Assembly: GCA_964016885.1 (NCBI GenBank)
Contig: OZ024744.1
Location: 98,828,001-98,892,000, forward strand
Length of the DNA stretch: 64,000 bases
DNA from: Eledone cirrhosa
Taxonomy: Eukaryota
Direction of reading: 5' to 3'
The stretch's first letter is position 1. Every line of letters starts with the position of its first letter. The notes below the pieces were generated by a model. That model worked only from the letters and a program-made list of their open reading frames with translations. It ran no database searches and was not told where the DNA came from. Shown piece after piece: positions 52,216 to 64,000 of the stretch. A program made the position numbers and the translations under genes.

Positions 52216-52356
52216 ATAACAACCATTAAACCATTCAGCACTCCTAGTAAACATAGGTTTCAGACTGTCTTAAACTTTAATTACAGTAGCATATTGTTAC
52301 CCGACATAATTGGGACTGTTAAATAGTTATTACTGAATAGTTTGTTCTTTAAAGTA

Positions 52357-55300
52357 GGTGGTGATGGTGATGGTGATGTTGATGGTAGTGGGAGTGGAGC
52401 TGGTGGTAGTAATAGTAGTGTTGGTGGTGGTGGTAATAGTAGTGGTGGTGGTAGTAGTGTTGGTGGTGGTGGTGGTAATAGTAGTGGTGGTGGTAGTAGT
52501 GTTGGTGGTGGTGGTGGTAATAGTAGTGTTGGTGGTGGTGGTGGTAGTGGTGTTGGTGGTGGGTGTGGTAGTAGTGTTGGTGGTGGTGGTAGTAGTAGTG
52601 GTGGTGGTGGTAGTAGTGGTGGTGGTAATAGTAGTGTTGGTGGTGGTGGTGGTAGTGGTAGTGGTAGTGGTGTTGGTGGTGGTAGTAGTGTTGGTGATTG
52701 TGGTAGTAGTAGTAGTGTTGGTGATTGTGGTAGTAGTAGTAGTGTTGGTGGTGGTGGTAATAGTAATGTTGGTGGTGGTAGTAGTAGTAGTGTTGGTGGT
52801 GGTAGTAGTAGTGTTGGTGGTGGTAGTAGTAGTGTTGGTGGTGGTGGTAGTAGTAGTGGTGGTGGTGGTAATAGTAGTGGTGGTGGTGGTGGTAATAGTA
52901 GTGTTGGTGGTGGTGGTGGTAGTAGTGTTGGTGGTGGTAGTAGTAGTAGTGTTGGTGGTGGTGGTGGTAGTGTTGGTGGTGGTAGTAGTAGTAGTGTTGG
53001 TGGTGGTAGTAGTAGTGTTGGTGGTGGTAGTAGTAGTAGTGTTGGTGGTGGTAGTAGTAGTAGTGTTGGTGGTGGTAGTAGTAGTAGTGTTGGTGGTGGT
53101 AGTAGTAGTAGTGTTGGTGGTGGTAGTAGTAGTGTTGGTGGTGGTAGTAGTAATAGTGTTGGTGGTGGTGGTAGTCGTGTTGGTGGTGGTGGTAGTAGTA
53201 GTAGTGTTGGTGGTGGTAGTAGTAGTGTTGGTGGTGGTAGTAGTAATAGTGTTGGTGGTGGTGGTAGTAGTGTTGGTGATGGTGGTAGTAGTAGTGTTGG
53301 TGATGGTGGTAGTAGTAGTGTTGGTGATGGTGGTAGTAGTAGTGTTGGTGATTGTGGTAGTAGTAGTGTTGGTGATGGTGGTAGTAGTAGTAGTGTTGGT
53401 GGTGGTGGTAGTAGTAGTAGTGTTGGTGGTGGTGGTAGTCGTGTTGGTGGTGGTAGTAGTAGTGTTGGTGATGGTGGTAGTAGTAGTGTTGGTGATGGTG
53501 GTAGTAGTAGTGTTGGTGGTGGTAGTAGTAGTAGTGTTGGTGGTGGTAGTAGTAGTAGTGTTGGTGGTGGTAGTAGTAGTAGTGTTGGTGGTGGTAGTAG
53601 TAGTGTTGGTGGTGGTGGTAGTAGTAGTGTTGGTGATGGTGGTAGTAGTAGTGTTGGTGGTGGTAGTAGTAGTAGTGTTGGTGGTGGTAGTAGTAGTAGT
53701 GTTGGTGGTGGTAGTAGTAGTAGTGTTGGTGGTGGTAGTAGTAGTAGTGTTGGTGGTGGTAGTAGTAATAGTGTTGGTGGTGGTGGTAGTCGTGTTGGTG
53801 GTGGTGGTAGTAGTGTTGGTGATGGTGGTAGTAGTAGTGTTGGTGATGGTGGTAGTAGTAGTGTTGGTGATGGTGGTAGTAGTAGTGTTGGTGATGGTGG
53901 TAGTAGTAGTGTTGGTGATGGTGGTAGTAGTAGTGTTGGTGATGGTGGTAGTAGTAGTGTTGGTGGTGGTAGTAGTAGTAGTGTTGGTGGTGGTAGTAGT
54001 AGTGTTGGTGGTGGTGGTAGTAGTAGTGTTGGTGATGGTGGTAGTAGTAGTGTTGGTGGTGGTAGTAGTAGTAGTGTTGGTGGTGGTAGTAGTAGTAGTG
54101 TTGGTGGTGGTAGTAGTAGTAGTGTTGGTGGTGGTAGTAGTAGTAGTGTTGGTGGTGGTAGTAGTAGTGTTGGTGGTGGTAGTAGTAATAGTGTTGGTGG
54201 TGGTGGTAGTCGTGTTGGTGGTGGTAGTAGTAGTGTTGGTGATGGTGGTAGTAGTAGTGTTGGTGGTGGTAGTAGTAGTGTTGGTGATGGTGGTAGTAGT
54301 AGTGTTGGTGATGGTGGTAGTAGTAGTGTTGGTGATGGTGGTAGTAGTAGTGTTGGTGATGGTGGTAGTAGTAGTGTTGGTGATGGTGGTAGTAGTAGTG
54401 TTGGTGGTGGTAGTAGTAGTGTTGGTGGTGGTGGTAGTAGTAATGTTGGTGGTGGTGGTAGTAGTAGTGTTGGTGATGGTGGTAGTAGTAGTGTTGGTGA
54501 TTGTGGTAGTAGTAGTGTTGGTGGTGGTGGTAGTAGTAGTGTTGGTGATGGTGGTAGTAGTAGTGTTGGTGGTGGTAGTAGTAGTAGTGTTGGTGGTGGT
54601 AGTAGTAGTGTTGGTGGTGGTGGTAGTAGTAGTGTTGGTGATGGTGGTAGTAGTAGTGTTGGTGGTGGTAGTAGTAGTAATGTTGGTGGTGGTGGTGGTA
54701 GTAATGTTGGTGATTGTGGTAGTAGTAGTGTTGGTGATTGTGGTAGTAGTAGTGTTGGTGATGGTGGTAGTAGTAGTGTTGGTGGTGGTAGTAGTAGTGT
54801 TGGTGGTGGTGGTAGTAGTAGTGTTGGTGATGGTGGTGGTAGTAGTAGTGTTGGTGATGGTGGTAGTAGTGTTGGTGGTGGTAGTAGTCGTGTTGGTGGT
54901 GGTGGTAGTAGTAGTGTTGGTGATGGTGGTAGTAGTAGTGTTGGTGGTGGTGGTAGTAGTAGTGTTGGTGATGGTGGTAGTAGTAGTGTTGGTGGTGGTA
55001 GTAGTAGTAGTGTTGGTGGTGGTAGTAGTAGTGTTGGTGGTGGTGGTAGTAGTAATGTTGGTGGTGGTGGTGGTAGTAGTAGTGTTGGTGATGGTGGTAG
55101 TAGTAGTAGTGTTGGTGGTGGTGGTAGTAGTAGTGTTGGTGATTGTGGTAGTAGTAGTAGTGTTGGTGGTGGTGGTAGTAGTAGTAGTGTTGGTGATTGT
55201 GGTAGTAGTAGTGTTGGTGATGGTAGTAGTAGTGTTGGTGGTGGTGGTAGTAGTAATGTTGGTGGTGGTGGTAGTAGTAGTGGTGGTGGTGGTGGTAGTA

Positions 55301-58300
55301 GTAGTGTTGGTGATGGTGGTAGTAGTAGTGTTGGTGATGGTGGTGGTAGTAGTAGTGTTGGTGATGGTGGTAGTAGTAGTAGTGTTGGTGGTGGTGGTAG
55401 TAGTAGTGTTGGTGATTGTGGTAGTAGTAGTAGTGTTGGTGGTGGTGGTAGTAGTAGTGTTGGTGATTGTGGTAGTAGTAGTGTTGGTGATTGTGGTAGT
55501 AGTAGTGTTGGTGATGGTGGTAGTAGTGTTGGTGGTGGTAGTAGTAGTGTTGGTGGTGGTGGTAGTAGTAGTGTTGGTGATGGTGGTAGTAGTAGTGTTG
55601 GTGATGGTGGTAGTAGTAGTGTTGGTGATGGTGGTGGTAGTAGTAGTGTTGGTGATGGTGGTAGTAGTAGTAGTGTTGGTGGTGGTGGTAGTAGTAGTGT
55701 TGGTGATTGTGGTAGTAGTAGTGTTGGTGATGGTGGTAGTAGTAGTGTTGGTGGTGGTAGTAGTAGTAGTGTTGGTGGTGGTAGTAGTAGTGTTGGTGGT
55801 GGTGGTAGTAGTAGTGTTGGTGATTGTGGTAGTAGTAGTGTTGTTGATGGTGGTAGTAGTAGTAGTGTTGGTGGTGGTGGTAGTAGTAGTGTTGGTGATT
55901 GTGGTAGTAGTAGTGTTGGTGATTGTGGTAGTAGTAGTGTTGGTGGTGGTAGTAGTAGTAGTGTTGGTGGTGGTAGTAGTAGTGTTGGTGGTGGTGGTAG
56001 TAGTAGTGTTGGTGATTGTGGTACTAGTAGTGTTGGTGATGGTGGTAGTAGTAGTAGTGTTGGTGGTGGTGGTAGTAGTAGTGTTGGTGATTGTGGTAGT
56101 AGTAGTGTTGGTGATTGTGGTAGTAGTAGTGTTGGTGATGGTGGTAGTAGTAGTGTTGGTGGTGGTAGTAGTAGTAGTGTTGGTGGTGGTAGTAGTAGTG
56201 TTGGTGGTGGTGGTAGTAGTAGTGTTGGTGATTGTGGTAGTAGTAGTGTTGGTGATGGTGGTAGTAGTAGTAGTGTTGGTGGTGGTGGTAGTAGTAGTAG
56301 TGTTGGTGGTGGTGGTAGTAGTAGTAGTGTTGGTGGTGGTGGTAGTAGTAGTGTTGGTGATTGTGGTAGTAGTAGTGTTGGTGATGGTGGTAGTAGTAGT
56401 GTTGGTGGTGGTAGTAGTAGTAGTGTTGGTGGTGGTGGTAGTAGTAGTGTTGGTGATTGTGGTAGTAGTAGTGTTGGTGATTGTGGTAGTAGTAGTGTTG
56501 GTGATGGTGGTAGTAGTAGTAGTGTTGGTGGTGGTGGTAGTAGTAGTGTTGGTGGTGGTGGTAGTAGTAGTAGTGTTGGTGGTGGTGGTAGTAGTAGTGT
56601 TGGTGATTGTGGTAGTAGTAGTGTTGGTGATTGTGGTAGTAGTAGTGTTGGTGATGGTGGTAGTAGTAGTAGTGTTGGTGTTGGTGGTAGTAGTAGTAGT
56701 GTTGGTGATTGTGGTAGTAGTAGTGTTGGTGATTGTGGTAGTAGTAGTGTTGGTGGTGGTAGTAGTAGTGTTGGTGATTGTGGTAGTAGTAGTAGTGTTG
56801 GTGTTGGTGGTAGTAGTAGTAGTGTTGGTGATTGTGGTAGTAGTAGTGTTGGTGATTGTGGTAGTAGTAATGTTGGTGATGGTGGTAGTAGTAGTGTTGG
56901 TGGTGGTAGTAGTAGTGTTGGTGATTGTGGTAGTAGTAGTGTTGGTGATGGTGGTAGTAGTAGTAGTGTTGGTGGTGGTGGTAGTAGTAGTAGTGTTGGT
57001 GGTGGTGGTAGTAGTAGTGTTGGTGGTGGTGGTAGTAGTAGTGTTGGTGATTGTGGTAGTAGTAGTGTTGGTGGTGGTAGTAGTAGTGTTGGTGATGGTG
57101 GTAGTAGTAGTGTTGGTGATGGTAGTAGTAGTAGTGTTGGTGGTGGTGGTAGTAGTAGTAGTGTTGGTGGTGGTGGTAGTAGTAGTGTTGGTGGTGGTGG
57201 TAGTAGTAGTGTTGGTGATTGTGGTAGTAGTAGTGTTGGTGGTGGTAGTAGTAGTGTTGGTGATGGTGGTAGTAGTAGTGTTGGTGGTGGTAGTAGTAGT
57301 GTTGGTGGTGGTAGTAGTAGTAGTGTTGGTGGTGGTAGTAGTAGTGTTGGTGGTGGTAGTAGTAGTGTTGGTGGTGGTAGTAGTAGTAGTGTTGGTGGTG
57401 GTAGTAGTAGTAGTGTTGGTGGTGGTAGTAGTAGTAGTGTTGGTGGTGGTAGTAGTAGTGTTGGTGGTAGTAGTAGTAGTGTTGGTGGTGGTAGTAGTAG
57501 TGTTGGTGGTGGTAGTAGTAGTGTTGGTGGTGGTAGTAGTAGTAGTGTTGGTGGTGGTAGTAGTAGTGTTGGTGGTGGTAGTAGTAATAGTGTTGGTGGT
57601 GGTGGTAGTCGTGTTGGTGGTGGTGGTAGTCGTGTTGGTGATGGTGGTAGTAGTAGTGTTGGTGGTGGTAGTAGTAGTGTTGGTGGTGGTAGTAGTAATA
57701 GTGTTGGTGGTGGTGGTAGTCGTGTTGGTGGTGGTAGTAGTAGTGTTGGTGATGGTGGTAGTAGTAGTGTTGGTGATGGTGGTAGTAGTAGTGTTGGTGA
57801 TGGTGGTAGTAGTAGTGTTGGTGATGGTGGTAGTAGTAGTGTTGGTGATTGTGGTAGTAGTAGTGTTGGTGGTGGTAGTAGTAGTAGTGTTGGTGGTGGT
57901 AGTAGTAGTGTTGGTGGTGGTAGTAGTAATAGTGTTGGTGGTGGTGGTAGTCGTGTTGGTGGTGGTAGTAGTAGTGTTGGTGATGGTGGTAGTAGTAGTG
58001 TTGGTGATGGTGGTAGTAGTAGTGTTGGTGATGGTGGTAGTAGTAGTGTTGGTGATGGTGGTAGTAGTAGTGTTGGTGATTGTGGTAGTAGTAGTGTTGG
58101 TGGTGGTAGTAGTAGTAGTGTTGGTGGTGGTAGTAGTAGTAGTGTTGGTGGTGGTAGTAGTAGTGTTGGTGGTGGTAGTAGTAATAGTGTTGGTGGTGGT
58201 GGTAGTCGTGTTGGTGGTGGTGGTAGTAGTAGTGTTGGTGATGGTGGTAGTAGTAGTGTTGGTGATGGTGGTAGTAGTAGTGTTGGTGATGGTGGTAGTA

Positions 58301-59532
58301 GTAGTGTTGGTGATGGTGGTAGTAGTAGTGTTGGTGATGGTGGTAGTAGTAGTGTTGGTGGTGGTAGTAGTAGTAGTGTTGGTGGTGGTAGTAGTAGTGT
58401 TGGTGGTGGTGGTAGTAGTAGTGTTGGTGATTGTGGTAGTAGTGTTGGTGATTGTGGTAGTAGTGTTGGTGATTGTGGTAGTAGTGTTGGTGATTGTGGT
58501 AGTAGTAGTGTTGGTGGTGGTAGTAGTAGTGTTGGTGGTGGTAGTAGTAGTAGTGTTAGTGATTGTGGTAGTAGTAGTGTTGGTGATTGTGGTAGTAGTA
58601 ATGTTGGTGATTGTGGTAGTAGTAGTGTTGGTGGTGGTAGTAGTAGTGTTGGTGGTGGTAGTAGTAGTGTTGGTGGTGGTAGTAGTAGTAGTGTTAGTGA
58701 TTGTGGTAGTAGTAGTGTTGGTGATTGTGGTAGTAGTAATGTTGGTGATTGTGGTAGTAGTAGTGTTGGTGATTGTGGTAGTAGTAGTGTTGGTGGTGGT
58801 AGTAGTAGTGTTGGTGGTGGTAGTAGTAGTAGTGTTAGTGATTGTGGTAGTAGTAGTGTTGGTGATTGTGGTAGTAGTAGTGTTGGTGATTGTGGTAGTA
58901 GTAGTGTTGGTGATTGTGGTAGTAGTAGTGTTGGTGATTGTGGTAGTAGTAATGTTGGTGATTGTGGTAGTAGTGTTGGTGATTGTGGTAGTAGTAGTGT
59001 TGGTGGTGGTAGTAGTAGTGTTGGTGGTGGTAGTAGTAGTAGTGTTAGTGATTGTGGTAGTAGTAGTGTTGGTGATTGTGGTAGTAGTAGTGTTGGTGAT
59101 TGTGGTAGTAGTAGTGTTGGTGATTGTGGTAGTAGTAGTGTTGGTGATTGTGGTAGTAGTGTTGGTGATTGTGGTAGTAGTGTTGGTGATTGTGGTAGTA
59201 GTAGTGTTGGTGGTGGTAGTAGTAGTGTTGGTGATTGTGGTAGTAGTAGTGTTGGTAGTGGTGGTAGTAGTAGTGTTGGTGGTGGTGGTAGTAGTAGTAG
59301 TGTTGGTGTTGGTGGTAGTGTTGGTGGTGGTAGTAGTAATAGTGTTGGTGGTGGTAGTAGTAGTAGTGTTGGTGGTGGTAGTAGTAGTGTTGGTGGTGGT
59401 AGTAGTAATAGTGTTGGTGTTGGTGGTGGTGGTAGTAGTAGTGTTGGTGATTGTGGTAGTAGTAGTGTTGGTGGTGGTGGTAGTAGTAGTGTTGGTGGTG
59501 GTGGTAGTAGTAGTGTTGGTGGTAGTAGTAGT
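52357..59532. repeat. 7.2-kb compound triplet repeat GTT(GGT)n(AGT)n with GAT/TGT variants, intronic to CDIPT
   Basis: Almost every in-phase triplet ends in T; units of 18-27 bp with block-wise variants. Confidence 0.95.
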
Positions 59533-61709
59533 TTGAGACCTGTTCTTGAGTAATTTGAGGCCACTGAGTTTAAAAATGACAATACTTTTTGTCTATCACA
59601 TCGCAGGACTGTTAAAAGTGATGGGTGCTCTACAGCAATGGGGACTATAGATAGCGTTGGTCAACACACTTTTTACTGGCTTAGGTTCTGGTGATGTTTT
59701 TAGGTAAGTTTGAGGTGCTGATTTAAATAATAAAATATTGTGTACAGTGCTCAGGTGCACTACAACTCATCAAAGGTTCATGTATAGTACATAGAATAAT
59801 GTACAAATGTCAAGGAAGTGAACAGTGTATGAGTCATGATATACATGTGTGTATGTGTATAGAAGGAATATTAGGTGTAGTGTTGGCAAATCTCAGGAAG
59901 CATGGAGGTTTTAAAGTATGCAGTGTCCTGACAGCTAACAGCTGATGCAGGTAGTTTGTTCCATGATTCAGCAACTATGAGCGTGAAAAGATGTTTCCGA
60001 AAGTCATGGGAACTGTGCTGATTTCAAATATGACATCCATTTCCCCTTAACACATCAGGTTTTCATTCTATAGCACATCCCTATTTTATTATGAACTATA
60101 TGAATAATATCTTACCCTACTCTTGGCTAAGTAGCTCTAGTTTATTTTTAGCATTGAGTTCATTCAATTTTTAACTCATTGCCTTCTGTAATGATTTAGC
60201 AGATATTCTCGGGACCCAAATAACAGGGGGTGGGTGGGGTGGGGATAGAATAAGCAGGGGTGTTGGTATAAGCAGGGAAGTTCGAATAAGCAGGGGATGG
60301 GGGTGGATGGAAAATTGGTAAATTTTTTTTAGGTTGTCTCTTGATTTTTTTTATAAAAACCAGAATTAGTCATTTAGTTTACATATTGAGACCCCCAACC
60401 CATCCTATTTATTTTATAACATATGGGATTTCTAGTAATGTACTTTTTTTTTTATCATGTATAATGTTTTTTTAATGTATAAAGAAAATTAATTGTCGCA
60501 GGAATGCTACCACTTAAAATAAAAGAGATAGATTAGCAAACTTTAATAAGCCAGGGTGTGGAGGGTGTAATATGAGTGGGGGAAAAAAAGGTAGGAAAAA
60601 ACTTGAAAAATTAATAAGTGAGAGGGGAGGGTGATTATGGGAGACCTGAGAGCAATAGCTAACAACAGGTTTGTAAATTCAAATGTTTATAGTATCTTTA
60701 CTGATGGACAGACTGTTGTGAATACTTGTAGTATTATCTCTTAACATCCTGTAATGATTTAGCAGAAAATATCTAAAAACAGATTTGTTAATTCAAATAA
60801 CTTTACTAGTGGACAGATTGTGAGAATTTGCAATATTAGAGTAAAGACTTTAATTTTTAATGTGCTACAGTCACAGTGTTGTTTTATACATTTTAAGAAT
60901 GTCTTGCTAATATAGTTTCATGTGGTTTGTTAAACTTGTTGATACCAAACCACATGATACAGAATTAAAGATATGAAGCTGCATATTTTAAAATGTTTAT
61001 CTTTTTGTTATCCTTATATTAAATCCTTCCATAATTTTATTTTAGAAATTTTTGTTAAGTAATGTTCTAAATATATTAATAAAAGAGTTAGATATTTTCT
61101 TAAATTCTTATAAATATTTAAATATTTTCAAAATTAACTGAAACAGAGGCAGTGTATTTCATAAGAAATACAGTAATGAAAGGGGGTTGACAAACTTGTT
61201 GAACAAAACCACCTTGGGGTACAGAGGCTATAGTTTAACTATAAACTATCTCCTTTATATGAAAGACTTCAAAATATTCACAAGGGATAATAATATCCAG
61301 GAGAAAATCAACTTAAAATTTACTGTACTTTCAGCCAAAGGCATAAAAGAGAAATGGGATCAAACTAATGAATCAAAGTTACTACAAAGAAGAACTAAAA
61401 CCGAGAACTCCAAATTTTCACAACAATTTACCCACCAGCAATGATATTATACATTTGAATTAATAAATCACATTAGCAAGACATTTTTGAAATGTAGAAA
61501 ACAACACTATGACTGTACCACATTAAATATTGAAGTCTTTACTTTAATAATACAAATTTTCACAAACTGTCCGTAGTTTAATATACTCTAAACATTTTAA
61601 TTAACAAACCTGTTTTTTTTTTTTAATATATTTTCTGCTAAATCATTACAGAATGTTAAGAGTTAAAAACTGAACTCAATGCCAAAAATAAAATAGTAGG
61701 TATAAAGAT

Positions 61710-62065
61710 GCATGGCTTAGTGGTTAGAACATTGGGCTTGCAATCAAAAGGTTGTGAGTTCAATTCTCGGACCGGGTGATGTGTTGTTTCCTTGAGCAAG
61801 ACACTTTATTTCACATTGCTCCAATTTACTCAGTTGTAGAAATGAGATGATAGGACTGGGGTCCCTATCATTCCACTGCAAAAAAGCACCCAGCACTCAT
61901 TGTAAATGAGGTTGGTGTTAGGAAGGGCATTCAGCTGTAGAAATCAAGCCAGAATCAGTTCCCGTATGAGCAAGACAAGGTCAGCCAACCAGACACTGCC
62001 CACAGCAGGACAACCTGTCTAACCCATGCTAGCGTGGAAGAACGGACGTAAAACGGTGATGATGA
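61710..62065 (+). mobile_element. Composite SINE (tRNA head plus RTE-type tail)
   Basis: GCATGGCTTAGTGGTTAG A-box, GAGTTCAATTCT B-box, (GAT)n end. Confidence 0.8.
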
Positions 62066-62084
62066 AATACACTATCCATTCCAA

Positions 62085-62128
62085 TGGTGTCAAAATGGTT
62101 AAAGTATACTTTAACCATTTTGACACCA
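62085..62128. repeat. Perfect 44-bp palindrome
   Basis: TGGTGTCAAAATGGTTAAAGTA|TACTTTAACCATTTTGACACCA. Confidence 0.9.
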
Positions 62129-62474
62129 AGTGACCAAGAAACTCCTCTTTGTTCTATAATACTATATTTTTTTCATTTTAAAGTATTTATATTAACATAG
62201 TGGCCTTCCATCATAATTTTATAAAAAAAAACACCCTTGTTAACCTTTTCATTGCCATATTTCTAATGAAATACGCTGCCTCTGTGTCTCAATTAATTTT
62301 GGAAATAAACATATTTCTCATGGAATAGACTGCCTATGTGTTTCAGTTGATTTTAAAAATAAACATATTTCTAATAAAATACACTGCCTCTGTGTTTCAA
62401 TTAATTTTAGATATGAATATTTTGAAAAAAATTAAAATAACTTAATCTTTCATTAGTAAACTAATATTTAGAAC

Positions 62475-63000
62475 TGATCTCTTCAATTGTGTGCTGAATG
62501 TTCATGTTAAGAGAGGAGTTGAGCTGTCAACTGATCACCATCTAGTTATCTGGAACTTGAGACTATCTAAAGCCAAAGAAGTTAATAAAACTGGCAGGTC
62601 CAGAGCGACCTACAGGATAAAGTGGGAAGCTTTGGTGGATAAGGATGTCAGAACCAGGTATGTAGATACTATTGCATCCAAATTCAGAGAACTCCCAGAG
62701 CAAATTGATGATGTTGAGACAGAGTGGAGATTGTTCAGCTCAAACATTTCTGTTTCAGCTGTTAGATGCTGCAGGCGAAAGAGGCTTGGTATGGCAGGAG
62801 GGCACATTGGTTCAATCAAGAGGTCAAAGATGCCATCAGATCAAAAAAAAGAGGTCTACAAAGCTTGGCTTGGAAATAAGTCCTTGCATTTGCAGTACAA
62901 ACAGGCATGAAAAGTTGCAGTAGAGATAATAAAGACGTCCAAAGTTAAGGCATGAGAGGACTTTGGGGTTAAGCTGGAATCCGACTTCAGATCAGCAAAT
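62475..63000 (+). mobile_element. RTE LINE internal fragment (APE C-terminus and linker)
   Basis: VKRGVELSTDHHLV and DVETEWRLF. Confidence 0.75.
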
Positions 63001-63162
63001 ATTTAGAACATTACTTAAAATTCATGATATAAGAGTAAACATTGAAACAAGCAGTTTTGTGTCATAAATTGAGGGTGGTTTCAGGCAGGTTTGATATTGA
63101 AAGGGTTAAGTTATGCTTCAAATAACATCTTAATAATGAGAAAATTGGTTATAATACTAAAT

Positions 63163-63454
63163 CAGGCATGGGCAACCTTTTTCGAAAAGCGGGCCGCATG
63201 AAATATGGCCCACCATCAGGTGGGCCACAGGCACTAATTTACATTCGTGCCCACATTAAAAAAAAGGGATGGTAATTCAGGTTTTTTTTATTTGTTTCTT
63301 CAGAATTCGTACACGTTCTTTTCCTCAATCGTAAAAATGATAGAAAGATAAATTACGACTAAAGAGTTGGGGTCAAAACATCAGAAAGATTTCACTGAGG
63401 TGACTTAGGCGAGCCATTCAGAAAGCTTCGCGGGCCGCAGGCTGCCCATGACTG
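63163..63454. mobile_element. hAT-like MITE
   Basis: CAGGCATGGGCAACCT / AGGCTGCCCATGACTG TIRs with an 8-bp TSD TACTAAAT on both sides. Confidence 0.88.
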
Positions 63455-63624
63455 TACTAAATCCTTACAAATTCTTGATTAATTTGAAAATGATTTGAAC
63501 ATTATAGTCAGTGTAGTTTATTAGAAATATGTTAACAAAAGAGTTAATACAATAAACTGGACAGTTGAGTGAGTTGAAGAGTTTAGAGAGAAAAGCCAGG
63601 AAACTACTGACTGTTCTGATGTCT

Positions 63625-63977
63625 CCATCTAAAGGCAGCTATAGATACTGAACTGAGGCACTCCATCGGTTAGAATGACGAGTGTTCCAGTTGATTCGAT
63701 CAACGGAACAGCCTGCTCATGAAATTAATGAGCATGTGGCTGAGCATTCCACTGACACAAGTACCCTTAACGTAGTTCTCAGGGAGATTCAGCGTGGCAA
63801 GAATGTGACAAGGCTGGCTATTCGAACAACAGGTACAACTCATTTTTGGCAGCTGAGTGGGCTGGAGCAACGTGAAATAAAGTGTCTTGCTCAAGGACAC
63901 AACACGCCATCAGGAATTGAACTCATGACACTCATGATTGCGAGCCAAAGACCCTAACCACAGCCACACGCCTTCAC
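63625..63977 (-). mobile_element. tRNA-derived SINE
   Basis: Reverse complement of the family B head and core (GTGTCCTTGAGCAAGACAC) with a different tail. Confidence 0.75.
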
Positions 63978-64000
63978 AGTTATAGAGAGAATACACGCAA

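Noticed and set aside
52281-59582. 2400-aa ORFs as real structural proteins
   Set aside because: Openness follows from the NNT triplet composition. There is no signal peptide or unique domain, the + ORF starts are non-ATG or within the repeat, and the region is within a CDIPT intron.

Overview
This is eukaryotic, AT-rich, repeat-dominated DNA. The SINE, LINE and microsatellite landscape suggests an octopod cephalopod (inference). Two spliced host genes lie on the minus strand. The first is the last three coding exons of phosphatidylinositol synthase (CDIPT/PIS: 42824-42905, 39005-39086, 32411-32589). The second is the first two coding exons of an unidentified gene with a mitochondrial-presequence-like N-terminus (17896-17947, 7139-7206). 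The rest of the window is mobile DNA and repeats: a decayed Ty3/Gypsy LTR element inserted in an RTE LINE; RTE, CR1 and L1/Tx1 fragments; a Penelope-like element (RT plus GIY-YIG); many tRNA-derived SINEs; piggyBac, hAT and mariner MITEs; minisatellites; and a 7.2-kb compound triplet repeat. The most notable signal is a dense set of minimal type-I hammerhead ribozyme motifs (four complete-looking, one degenerate, two 3' halves), mostly next to (TA)n tracts. Two of them are sense to the CDIPT pre-mRNA in its last intron. All identifications were made by eye, without database searches.
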